64,000 nt of DNA from Selaginella moellendorffii (Eukaryota; Plantae; Lycopodiophyta). Of the stretch, positions 10,811 through 22,662 are shown in pieces. The translations under genes and the position numbers were made by a program. The stretch's first letter is position 1. Each line of letters begins with the position of its first letter. The notes beneath the pieces were generated by a model, which was not told the origin of the DNA, did not search any database, and worked only from the letters and a program-made list of their open reading frames with translations. The stretch lies in NCBI RefSeq assembly GCF_000143415.4, contig NW_003314266.1, positions 3,666,398 through 3,730,397 on the forward strand, in the 5' to 3' direction.

Positions 10811-10924
10811 CTTGAGTGTGCTTCGCAAAAGTCTAATATTTTCCTTTCAGATCATTACATTTTTATGAAATTTATATATATCCAGCTGTAGTCTGCATTC
10901 ATAAACTTCTATACAAACTCAATT

Positions 10925-10927
<3 letters not shown>

Positions 10928-11018
<91 letters not shown>
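10928..11018. repeat. (TA)n microsatellite, about 90 bp
   Basis: Pure TA run directly upstream of the Helitron. Confidence 0.98.
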
Positions 11019-11019
<1 letters not shown>

Positions 11020-11020
<1 letters not shown>

Positions 11021-14000
11021 CAAACCTATAATCGAAGTGACTGAAAATGCCTCGCCTCCGCCATCTTTTGAGAACCATACGACATAGTAAACAATCTAAT
11101 GGAGATTTAGATGCCTCTGAAACTATGATTGATCATGATACACATACTATAGCTGTTCAAAATAATCATGATAATGATTCTATACACCAAAATATTAATC
11201 ATGATAATGACTATATACAGCAATCAATTGGACACTCAGAAGCATCTGGAACCTTACATGCATGTCATTATGACAATTACATATATCAAACAATATTAAA
11301 TCCACCACTCCCACCCATGAATACCACACTAGCAAGCCATAGCATTTATAATGACTTTAACATAATAATTTTAATATTGGTAGTTTATCATTTGTTTGTA
11401 CTTTTTGTAATGCATTGCATTTTAAAGATGAAAACTCTTCAATGTGTTGCCAGAATAACCAAGTTATATTACCTCCAATTTCACCCTTACCATTTGATTT
11501 ACTTTCACTTTACAAGCAAAATAAAAACTCTAATTTTAAAACAAATATTAGACACTACAATAGTGCTCTTGCTTTTGCATCTATGTCTTCTAATATTGAT
11601 ATTGTAAAAGGTCATGGTCCTTATTGCTTTAAAATCCATGGTCAAATATATCATAATATTGTTTTAGCACATCCTTCTGAAGGTCAATATCAAACTTATG
11701 GACAACTTTATATGCTTGATACTCTAGAAGCTACAAATATAAGAAAGCAAAACCCTTTTAATTCAAGCTGTGAGACAAACTTACTTAAACATCTTGATGC
11801 TCTCTTTCGTCATGTTAACTCATATGCTCAAGCTTTCAAAATGATATATGAAATGGAACAAGAAGAAATTCGTTCTGCTACGCTTTCAGGTTATCCTATA
11901 CATAGTGTTTACATGTTATTAAAAACTGAAGGAACTGATCCACGACGCTATAATGCTCCACGGACAAATGATGTTGTTGTTATGTTTGTTAGTGATGATG
12001 GAGAACCGCCACATAGTCGTGAAACTTGTATATATCCAATTGCAAGCAATTTTAAATGTATCTCAACACTTGATTATAATTGTGATCCAATGGTTTACCC
12101 ATTAATATTTCCTTTTGGTGACAGAGGTTGGCACAAAAATATTTTTAATTCCGGACGTTGAATTACATTGCTCCAATATTATGCATACCGTTTATTTATA
12201 AGAGACACAATACACTTTGGTTTTGATCAAATTTTACATGCAGGAAAACTCACACAACAATATATTGTTGATGCTTATGTAAAAGTTGAAAGCAATAATT
12301 TGAATTACTATCACACTCATCAAAAACAATTATGAGTTGAAATGTATATTGGTCTTATGGATTATGTTGCAAACCGTGCTACTAATGAAAATATAAATCC
12401 AACCAAGATTGTTATTTTACCTTCAAGTTTTGGGGGTGGCCCTAGAGCAATGCAACAAAATTATCAAGATGCAATGCCTATAGTTACTCATTTTTCAAAA
12501 CCAGATCTTTTCATTACTTTTACATACAATCCCAAATGGCCAGAAATTTCTAAAAACTTACATCCAAATGAAAGCCTTGAGGATCGTCTAGATTTGGTTT
12601 CTAGAGTATTTCATATCAAGCTTAAAGAATTTTTGAATGATATTACTAAAAAACATATTTTTGAAATTGTATTGCTTTTATATATGTAATTGAATTTCAA
12701 AAGAGAGGCCTTCCACATTGTCACTTTCTAGGGATTTTATCTCATGAAAACTAAATTAAAAACCGTGATGCTATTAACCAATACATAACGGCACAATTGC
12801 TTGATCCTCAAAATGAACCTAAAATTTCTAAAATAATTACATCTCATATGATACATGGTCTTTGTGGCCCTCTTTACCCTAATAGTCTTTGCATGGAAAA
12901 TGGCTCAAAAGGTTATCCAAAAAAATTTAATTATGAAACTACTTTTAGTGTTGATGGATATCTAGATTATTATAGGCCTGATAATGGCCGTACATTTCTA
13001 AAAAATGGGTATAATCGTTGGGTAGTGCCTTATAATAAATACCTTTATAAAAAATATAATGCTCATATTAATATTGAAATTTGTGCTACTATAAAAAGTA
13101 TTAAGTATTTATTTCAATATGTTTATAAAGGTTATGATTGTGCTACAATTGAAATCCATTCAGCAACCCAACAACCTGATAATATTTTAAATTGGGATGA
13201 AATCTCAACATTTTTAAATACACGTTATGTATCTGCTCTAGAGGCAATATGGAGACTTTTTAAATTTAAAATGCATGGTCATTTGATCCCTATAATCCGT
13301 CTTCCTATTTATCTTCCAAATTTTCAAAACATCTATTTTATAGAAGGTTCTGAACAAATAGCACTTCAAAGAGCTACTCAAAATGATACAATGTTGACAA
13401 AATGGTTTGAATTAAATATAAATGACCCAAATGCTAGACAATATACATATCCTGAAATCCCTTTATATTATACATTTAACCCTCATCCTCATCACTGGCA
13501 AATTCGACATACAAGAAATGTCATTCCCTGAATGTATTCTGTGTCACCATCTAATATTGAACTATATCATTTACATCTTATTTTACTCCATAAAAAAGGT
13601 GCTACATCTTTCAAAGATCTTAAGACAGTTAATAATATTTATTATGACACATTTCAACAAATTGCAGATGCAATGGGGCTTATAGCTGATGATACCGAAT
13701 GGGAAAAATGTTTAGAAGATGCTTGCTTTTTTAGAATGCCATCACAATTAAAACAATTATTTGTATTACTTTGTATCTTTTGCACTCCAAAAGATCCTTA
13801 CCTCCTGTGGGATAAATTTAAAGACTTCCTCTTTAAGGATTTCATGCAAACAAATTCAATTTTTCATTATGAACATGCTTTACATGATATAAATATTAAA
13901 ATGAAAATGCATGGCAAAACTAATCAAAACTATCATCTACCTATGCCGTCTGAAAATTTTGATGATGAAAATATTGTCAACTCAACACAAATATATCAAA

Positions 14001-15461
14001 ATGTTGAACAAAATATTCCTCGATTTAATCAAGAACAGTTAAATATTTTTAATGATATTCTTAATGTTATTGATCACCCAACTGAGCATAATTGATACAT
14101 TTTCATTGATGGTCCTGGTGGTACTGGTAAAACATTTCTTCTTAACACTTTTATAAATATTTTACAACTGAAAAAAATAAATGTTGTTAGCATGGTTTGG
14201 ACAAAAATTGCAAATACTTTACTTTATAATGGCCGAACTTCACATACTACGTTTAAACTTTCCTGTTCCAATAAATGAAACATCAATTTCCGCTATAACT
14301 GCTAATAGTGAAGCAGGTATAAGAATCAAAACTACTAACATATTGTTATGGGATGAAATAAGTATGGTTCACACTCATGCATTCACTGCTGTTGATCAAG
14401 TGTTGCGAGACCTAAAAAATACATCATTACCTTTTGGTGGCATAATTGTTGTCACTAACAGGGACTTTAGACAAACACTTCCAGTCATTCCACATAGACA
14501 TAGGGCATAAATTGTTTCAAGTTCTGTAAGAATGAATAAATTATAGAGATTATTTAGAAAGTTATCTTTGAAAACAAATATGTGGCTTGCTGAAAGTGAT
14601 AAATCATAGTCTGAATGGCTTCTCAAAATTGGAAATGGTGAAATTTTTGAAAATTTACCATCTTTACCTTCTAACTCCATTTTATTACCTTATACACAAC
14701 TAATTTATTCATCAATTATTGATTTTGTTTACCCTTCAGTATTTGATATTTCAAACCCTTATATTGCAGCCAACCGAGTCATACTTACCCCACTTAACGA
14801 TGATATATTTGCAATCAACAACACTATTGTCTCTAAATTACAAGGTGATACATACATTTACAAAAGCATTGATTTTGTTGACACTGAACATCCTGAAAAT
14901 TTTCCAATAGAATTTCTAAATTTTATCACACCTTCTGGTCTCCCACCACATAAACTCTTTCTCAAACAAAGTGTTATTCTTATCCTTCTAAGAAATATGT
15001 CTCCATCAGCAGGATTATGCAACGGCACACGTCTCATCCTGAAAAATGCACTACCAAATGTTTTAGATTGTGAAATTGTGATGGGGCAATTTAAAGGGAT
15101 AAAAGTTTTTATCCCACGTATCACACTAATACCATTAAATACAGAAATTTCATTCAAAATGTCCAGATGACAGTTTCCAATTCGTTTGGGTTACTGCTTA
15201 ACAATCTCCAAATGCCAAGGACAGACATTTGACCGAGTTGGAGTTTACTTGCCCCACCCAGTTTTCACTCATGGGCAACTTTATGTGGCTTTATCAAGAT
15301 GCACATCACCACATGGACTTAGAATTAAAGTTCAAAACACCACACGCCAAAGCCACCTCCTTCCTCAAGATCCTTTTGTTTTTACAATTAACACTATTTA
15401 TAAAGAGGTTTTATATTGAACCTCTTTGTAAACCACCTAGCATTTGCTGGGCAAGTACTTG
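11020..15461 (+). mobile_element. Decayed autonomous Helitron (Rep/PIF1 helicase)
   Basis: Rep motifs PSSFGGGPRAMQQNYQDAM, PDLFITFT, EFQKRGLPHCH, YLFQYVYKG; helicase motifs [35 protein letters not shown]. Many stops and frameshifts. 3' hairpin at 15436-15451 followed by CTTG|T; candidate 5' end A|TC at 11020 (uncertain). Confidence 0.93.
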
Positions 15462-17400
15462 TATAATTATGAATTTATAAGTCATAATAGTGATTTTATA
15501 AAAGATTTTATTTGTATGGATGACAATATGGAAATACCAATAATGAATTGTAAGATATGATAACTCAATTACTTGATGATAATATCCAATAATCACATGC
15601 ACTACGAAGGAAATACACATGGGTGCGCAATATATATAATTTCAATTAAGACTATATCTTGCTCAAGGGTATATTATATTTGAAATAATTATTAATCAAT
15701 AATAATTAAAATCATATCATTTATTTTGATATTATATATAATGCACTCTATCTCTTTCCCCTGAATCCAAATGGAAAAGGAGTAATTTTTTAATGAAAAA
15801 CCCTTAATAACTATTTATCCTTATTTATCCTTTGAGGTTCCAAAGATCCACAGTGACAGTATATTTAAATGTTATTTTATGATCACATATGTTACAATAT
15901 AAACACCTAAATTACCAAGGAAATAATGTTTAATATCATAAAAACATTATATAAGGCCCAAGGGCATAAATTCATAAAGAATAATAGATAATAGGTATTA
16001 TTTAGAGTTAAAAATTATTAAAAGGTAAAACCAGAGGAAACTATCCAAAATGGATAATGCCAAAAGGATTTTAATACAAATATATGGGGCCTATGAATAA
16101 TAATTATGATGTGTTGAATTATAAATTGTGTATATCTAAATTGAAAACCCACTCTTTAAGTCATTGAGTAAATTTATCCTTAAAACACATATTAAGACAT
16201 GGAGGATCAACACTAATGGCCCATTTCATTAAAGATATAGTCAAATATTTTGGAACCTTAAACAATTTATAGTCCAATTGTGAGGCACCATATGTTTATA
16301 TTTATCTTTATTTAATTTGTTTTCTTCTCATTTGACTTTTTTTGTGCTTGTTTCACTTCATTTGAATTTTTTTGTTGTTTGAATTCATTTGGGGGTCAAA
16401 GCATGAAAGGGTGGGCCAGAAAATAGACATTTTTTAGTAGTTTACAGTGAATATAAATTTTAATTTTTCTATTAGATCCTTTATGATTTTTTAAAATATA
16501 AATAAATGTGGAATGTAATGTTGCATATATCTACTTCAACAAAAATTAAAAATCGTTTTTTAAAATTTAAGTTTTGGCTGAACATCCTAAAAAGTCTTTT
16601 TTATGATCTCACCCTTGACTTAGTTTTAAAACTTGGTTTTAGCTTGATTTATGAATTGCACACTATAGATGATTATTGACCATTTTGCAAATACACATGA
16701 ATGCATAGATGCCAAGATGTGTCTTCCATTCATATGTGATCATGTGGTGAGTCAAATAGATAGTGTTGACAAGCCATCAAGAATCAACATTGATGTAGTT
16801 TTTGAAAGTATAGCTACTTACCTATGTAGTGTATATGATATTAAAGGCTACTCAGTGATTCCAAAAGGTAAAGTGGTTGAAATAACTTTGATTGCTTGTG
16901 AAGTGGAAGAATTGAATGGGAGATCAAAGAAGATTTTGAATTAAATGTAAATTCTCCTCAATTAACTCCTCTTAAGCAAGAGCTTATTAGAGAAGATGCA
17001 TAAAGCATTTGGGCTATTTAGTTTCTCTTGTGATTTTCTTAACTTTGATACAAAATTATCACCGCATTTCGAGTACATGCTCCACCTCATAACTCTATGC
17101 CATATATGATATGATGATATGAATACCATACTAATAAATCTTGGGTCATGCTTCTTATACACCAATACTCCAAATAACCAAGGATCTAATAAACTAGAGG
17201 ATTTATAAAAAATTAAGGGAAAATTACAATAAAGATTGAAAATGTATGGGTAATTTAAAACTTTCAAATATATCTACAAAATGTGGTCTGCACTTTTCAA
17301 ATAGAATAATGTTGAAAGTCATCTATTTTTCTTTCTTGTACCTTAAATCTCATTTAATTTGGACCCATGTTATTTCATGAAGAAATCTAGAGCCCCAAAG

Positions 17401-17485
17401 CAGAGCCAGATCTTTCATTGACGGAAGAAATCGTTTGCTGACATATCCAGGAACCTTGGGCATTATGGCACCGAAGCACTGGGAA
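17401..17485 (+). pseudogene. Possible protein-kinase activation-loop remnant
   Basis: ARSFIDG...PGTLGIMAPKH resembles the receptor-kinase motif GTLGYMAPEY; short and isolated. Confidence 0.3.
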
Positions 17486-17799
17486 CATGCTAGGGTTGAA
17501 GAATTCAGTGGATCCAAAATGCGCACTCTTAAGCTCACTAAACCATTGCCGAATCGTGCAGAAGAACTCATGTGAAGAGTTGTCCAAATCATTGGGGGAT
17601 GGACTTAAGCTGTGATACCTTCACCAGAGGAAGCTTTCTGAGATCGGAGATAGATTTTGTTTGGCATTTCAATGATCTTAGAGTGTATTTCGGTATTAAG
17701 AACCCAGAAGCATAGCATTTTATTCCACCACATAATATTTGAAAGGAACACCAGTGTGACCACTGGCAATGGAGCTTGCTACGCTTCACTTTCGGGGGC

Positions 17800-18372
17800 T
17801 TAAACTAGTACCACCACTTTGAGTACAAGGTCTCCCAGCGCACCGGAAGTAGAAAAGGACGGAAGCTGCACAACACAATTCTTGCACTCATCGCTGACAG
17901 ACAGCTTATTACTGCCAGTGTATGGACAATCAAAGTGTATAGTGGCAACTTTGAAGCCCTTCGTATAGATGTCAAATCCACCTGTAGTCCCAGATGGAGA
18001 ACCTTGCCTTCCACATGCAGCAAATGGCGGGTTGGGAGAGGTTGCTCCAGCAGCAATGGTTATCCCACCTGGTGCGCTGCCATCATTGTTCTTATTTGGG
18101 TACTTATACCACTTTCCATATGATAAGAAGGAGTTTTTCACTTCTAAGGTGTCTCGTCCCAGGTTTGTGATCTTGAAGGATACCCACTGAGGATATCCTC
18201 TCAACTTTCCATCTGCATTACACATGTATTTGTAAGCCCAGCAATTAAACTTGAGTTACGAACCGGTGACTTGAAAAATAGAAACCGAGTCCTCTTCTCC
18301 AGCCGAAGCAGCAGAAGCTAAGCTCCCAATGGATATGCAAAGCAATGCTAGAAGGAAAGAAGAACTCGACAT
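17800..18372 (-). CDS. Secreted aegerolysin-family protein; exons 18372-18264 and 18212-17800
   Basis: Signal peptide MSSSSFLLALLCISIGSLASAASA; 51-nt GT-AG intron (18263-18213) restores the frame. GYPQWVSFKITN, SYGKW, ACGRQGSPSGTTGGFDI, FDCPY and SGALG match ostreolysin/pleurotolysin A motifs (AYAQWV, ACGRS..EGTTGTFDL, WDCPW, SGALG). Confidence 0.9.
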
Positions 18373-18405
18373 GATTTCTTGCAAATTTGGATTTGGGCTT
18401 GCAAA

Positions 18406-18411
18406 TTTATA
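18406..18411 (-). promoter_or_regulatory. TATA box of the aegerolysin gene
   Basis: TATAAA on the minus strand about 35 nt upstream of the ATG. Confidence 0.5.
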
Positions 18412-18679
18412 CTCCCTAAATATCACTTTTTAAACGTTTAACAATGATTATGGAATCTAAAACAAAGCACAAAGTTCTAAAACTTGAACCATTTTTTAAA
18501 CAGGTTAGTGCCTCCTAAGACTAAGGAGCAGTATGTGGCATAATTGTCAGTCCCACGTGAAAGATTGCGACGTATAGCGACGTTTAGCTTTCCAACACTA
18601 GAGTATAATTATCATAGGAGAAAATTGAAAAGATAGATCGTCACATATTTCAGCTGAATTCTTACGTGAAATGGTCATT

Positions 18680-19620
18680 GTTTAAGAAATGCAGTACCAA
18701 CGGGAGCAAGAGTTCACGGCGAGATCCTCCAATTTTGCAGCAAAACCAGGAATCTGTTGCGTGCAAAAGAGATTTACGAATTCGGGGGGAGTGACGATTG
18801 TGCAGCAAGCAGCTGCACAATCCATCCATGAATTTGGATGGATCCATGCACATTCATGAAATTGGAAATCCAGATGTTTGGAAGATGTGGGAGCTTGCAA
18901 GAAGCAAGAGAGAGATCGCATGGGATCTGCAAGGAATCGTTTCTTGTGGAACAACATGATTGCTGCGCAGGATATGCCAAACCGGCTATCGGGAGTGAAG
19001 GAATTGCTATGGGAGACAAGAACATTGTAGCCTGGAATCAGGTCAAAGATATTGAAAAGGAAAGATAATTTGATGCAATGCCGGATAAGTTTAGTGGACT
19101 GCGATTCTTACAGCATATGCCCGGTGTGGGTATTTGATAAAAGCGAAGCTAATCTGTGATTCGATGACATTTTTTCCTGGAATTCAACGAGGCCTTTTCG
19201 AACGAATTCCCGAGCACGCCTCATGACGTGGAATTGGCTATCTTTTAAATGCCAAAGCCGAGAGAGTTGTTTCCTCCATCGTCAGAGCATATGCCCGGAG
19301 CGGGCATACGACCAGAGCCAAGCGGATGTTCGCTGCCTTCTCGGGAAGAAAGATCTCATCGCCTGGAACACGCTGAACACGGCCTTGTCGCATTGCCAGG
19401 ATCACGGCAGAGACACCATCAACGTGGCGTTTGATCCCGAGCATTCGGCGTTTGTGAGCGTTCTTGGTGCTTGCGGCCAGCTTGGGCTGTTCTAGTGGGG
19501 ATGGAGCTACTTTCGAAACATGCCCAATGATCACCGCCAAGTGGATCTCTGCACTTGATCTGGTCAACTAGCTGCCGAGGATCTCATATCCAGCACGTCC
19601 CGGATGGAGCCTGGCAAGAG
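18680..19620 (+). pseudogene. Degraded PLS-class PPR gene
   Basis: Fragments MFGRCGSLQEARE, KNIVAWN, KDLIAWNTL and AFVSVLGAC in shifting frames with stops. Confidence 0.8.
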
Positions 19621-19746
19621 TCAAGAGGATACACAATGAGCAGAACTGGTTGCTCATAGTGCGTCCACTCCTTGACACCATCATTTAGTTATTGTATGCT
19701 CTCCTTTCCCATATTTAAGTCACTCATAGCTCATCACATGGTCCTC

Positions 19747-19765
19747 TGTGTGTGTGTGTGTGTGT
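19747..19765. repeat. (TG)n microsatellite
   Basis: Short TG run. Confidence 0.85.
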
Positions 19766-20670
19766 ATTCATTGTTTTGTGATTCCAATGCGTGATAGGAG
19801 ATAGTCAAAATGGGATCCAACGTATACATCTCTCTCCAAAAGTAGAAGTAGTGTTTTATAATTTTACAAAAACTTACAAGCGATTTATTCTTTCCTGGAG
19901 TTCAGAAATCATCCTCAATGCTGATGCTTCTTGGAAAAATTAAGATATAAATATCTTTGAAATGTCCAAGGCATCTGTTCTTCACTCTTATTATCATCAC
20001 GTTGCACTTTGAAAGAGAAATTTGCCGCAGGAGTGATTGTTTCCTTCAAGCTGGAATGAAACCTAAGTTTGCTCATAGATTTAGATGTTTGTAATAATGT
20101 ATGTATGGTATGTTTGATCTTGGGTGCTTTACAAGTTGACTACATTTTGATATTTTCTTATCTATACTAATATATCTTCTCTAAATCTCTTTAGAATTTT
20201 TGAGCAGCATAAACCTTTTTATACAGGGTTTTCTCAAAACCCAATTTTAGGTCTATATAATATTCATTTGGGAAATTTACATAGCTTTTGAGTGCGTTTA
20301 ATAAGTTTTCTCAAATTTTTTTCTCTATGATATTGTACCACTTGTGTCTAGCTTCCCACAGAGCTTTGTTGTATAGTTTTATATTGTATATTGCAGGTGT
20401 GAATGTGTTAATCATGTCTGCCATTTCTTATAGGAATTCATCTATATAAAAACTTCTTAAAACTTCATGAAACTTCCAGGGGTATTTTTGTCTGTTTCAA
20501 TCTTTTGAGGGTAAAATTATTTTCACGTACCGAGGTGTGAATATTCAGTATCAAGAATATGGACAAAATTTAAAATTCTAATCTGTATGCAAAAGTCAAT
20601 ATTATGGCGGACTTAAACGACTCCTCAACTTTACTTATACAGATAAGATAGAAAGGTTTGATCTATTATC

Positions 20671-21507
20671 ATGTTGATCTTGTTGTTGGTGACCCTATTA
20701 AGTAGCATCCCTCACTCGAGCCCTCAAATAATTGTTGATCCAGGCATAGGAGGGAGAATACGTCGTGAATACTTTCCAATCATCATAGGCGGCCTTGCCA
20801 GCTTGGTGACGAACATCCCAGGCGGCCCAGTCTCACCTGGTATATTTGCTAGGGTTGTTTTAGTTGGCAGCCAGCAGTGCCTCCTCCGTGTCTCCTTTTA
20901 CAGCAACACCTGTGATGCCACACCAACACATGACGACACCCTTAGACGCTACCAACTTATCTTTGCATTTCAGAACCTCCTACATATAATGTTGAACAAC
21001 TTGTATGCAACAGGAGCAAACTATATTACAATCATTAATGGAAGATTTGGGATGGAGTATGTGCTTGACGAGGCAACTCAGCAAGACTCACGTCAGAGCT
21101 CTATGCTATACGATCTTGGGTCATGCTTCCCATATGTCAACATGATCCAGAGTGGGCCAAAGTCACGAGTCTACTCAAGGGTCAATGCTGGGTCAAAGTT
21201 GGAGTCTCAAAATGGGTGGTACTCAATGGAGGTGCGGTATGGGTGTGACATGGTGGTCAAAAAGGCAAGTGGTGTCTTGTGGAAAACAGATGTGAGAGAA
21301 AGTAGCCAAACTGGCTGCTACTTTGCATTGCAAATGGATGGGAATGGTGTGCTTGAGAATGAGAGTGTTTGTGTTTGGGCAACAAATACTATGGAAGGTG
21401 GATTGATTTCATCAATATTAGTGATGCAGAATGATGGCAACCTAGTGTTGTACAAGACTGACACACAGAAAGCAGTGTGGGCATCTAATACAAATAATAA
21501 TAAATAA
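20671..21507 (+). CDS. Secreted protein: unknown N-terminal domain + bulb-type (GNA/B-) lectin domain
   Basis: Signal peptide MLILLLVTLLSSIPHSS; C-terminal CYFALQMDGNGVL..VWATNT..MQNDGNLVLY..VWASNT. Intronless. Confidence 0.88.
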   Translation: MLILLLVTLLSSIPHSSPQIIVDPGIGGRIRREYFPIIIGGLASLVTNIPGGPVSPGIFARVVLVGSQQCLLRVSFYSNTCDATPTHDDTLRRYQLIFAFQNLLHIMLNNLYATGANYITIINGRFGMEYVLDEATQQDSRQSSMLYDLGSCFPYVNMIQSGPKSRVYSRVNAGSKLESQNGWYSMEVRYGCDMVVKKASGVLWKTDVRESSQTGCYFALQMDGNGVLENESVCVWATNTMEGGLISSILVMQNDGNLVLYKTDTQKAVWASNTNNNK

Positions 21508-22662
21508 TGTATATTTTATATTGGGCATTAATCACTATACTCCATCTTCCTTGACTAGACTAGTTCTTGTTCAAGAGGAGCCAACTGAAGAGTATTTGCA
21601 CTTGGTTTGAATTCTTCTTTGATCTCTTCAAAAGGATCAACATTCAATTCTTCCATTACATCAATAGTTAGAGCCCTTGTCTCAACCACCTTACCTCTAG
21701 ACATGCTCAGCATTGCTTTGATGTCAAAGGTAAACATATGGCATTAATTTTGTCTAGGTCTACTGAAGCTTGCAATGTCACCATCCCGTCCATACACATG
21801 TAGGGGCATACATCATGAAAGCATTGCACATTTAGTCACGCCTTATAAAAATCAATATCAACTCCAATTTACTTTCCTTTCCAATAATTTTATTGGTATC
21901 ATATATCATAAGATGCTTATTTGTCTTCTTTAGTAAATCCAAATTCAGGCTTATAGATAGAAACGACTTTGCTTGACTCCATTTTAACAACTGGTTAAGA
22001 TAATTAATTTATTGGAGTGAATCATTTAGCTGGTGGAGCCCAATATTACTTAAAAACCTTCAACATCCATGAAATAAAGCCAATGAGTAAACACTACGAT
22101 CACACCAAACAGCCTTTTCCCTGATTGTCATAGAAAGCAAAACTTGGAGACTGCACTGTCCTCTCGTCCCAATCCAGATACAATTCATTCACATCCTTCT
22201 GCAAGCCGTATTCAAAGTAGTTGACTCCGTCAGAAAGATCAAGGCAGATACCCCAAGATAACAACGAGCACACGCAATCGACTTTGAGGACGCGGCAGCA
22301 AGAAACTCTCGGAAGTGATCTGGTTCCGGATCGCGGGAGTCATGGGCGGAGAATCTAGCAGCCGTGTTCTTGACCAAAAGCTGAACTTTGGAGTGATCCT
22401 GCGCATGAGCGGCGGCGTCGTGGGATCGTTGTCACTGTCCCTGGTCTTGGTGAGAGCTCCGAGAGGGCATTGTCCGACAACGCGGAGCTCTTCATGGTCT
22501 CTATGCTCGAGCAAGCCGCAGAAGAGCACAAAGTTGACAACCACCGCAAGTGGAGATTGTTTCCGCTGCAGCCCTTGTAGCTCCAATCTCCGTGTCTACT
22601 TTAAATCACAGACAGCGTCATCTATGCTAGAAAAGGAACTTTGGAAAAGCTGACCAGAGTTT

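Noticed and set aside
17800-22600. MACPF or Cry35-like partner of the aegerolysin
   Set aside because: No ORF of suitable size or with a MACPF signature is present.
21555-22653. Short ORFs between the lectin gene and GRAS-A
   Set aside because: Broken frames with no recognisable motif; unassignable debris.
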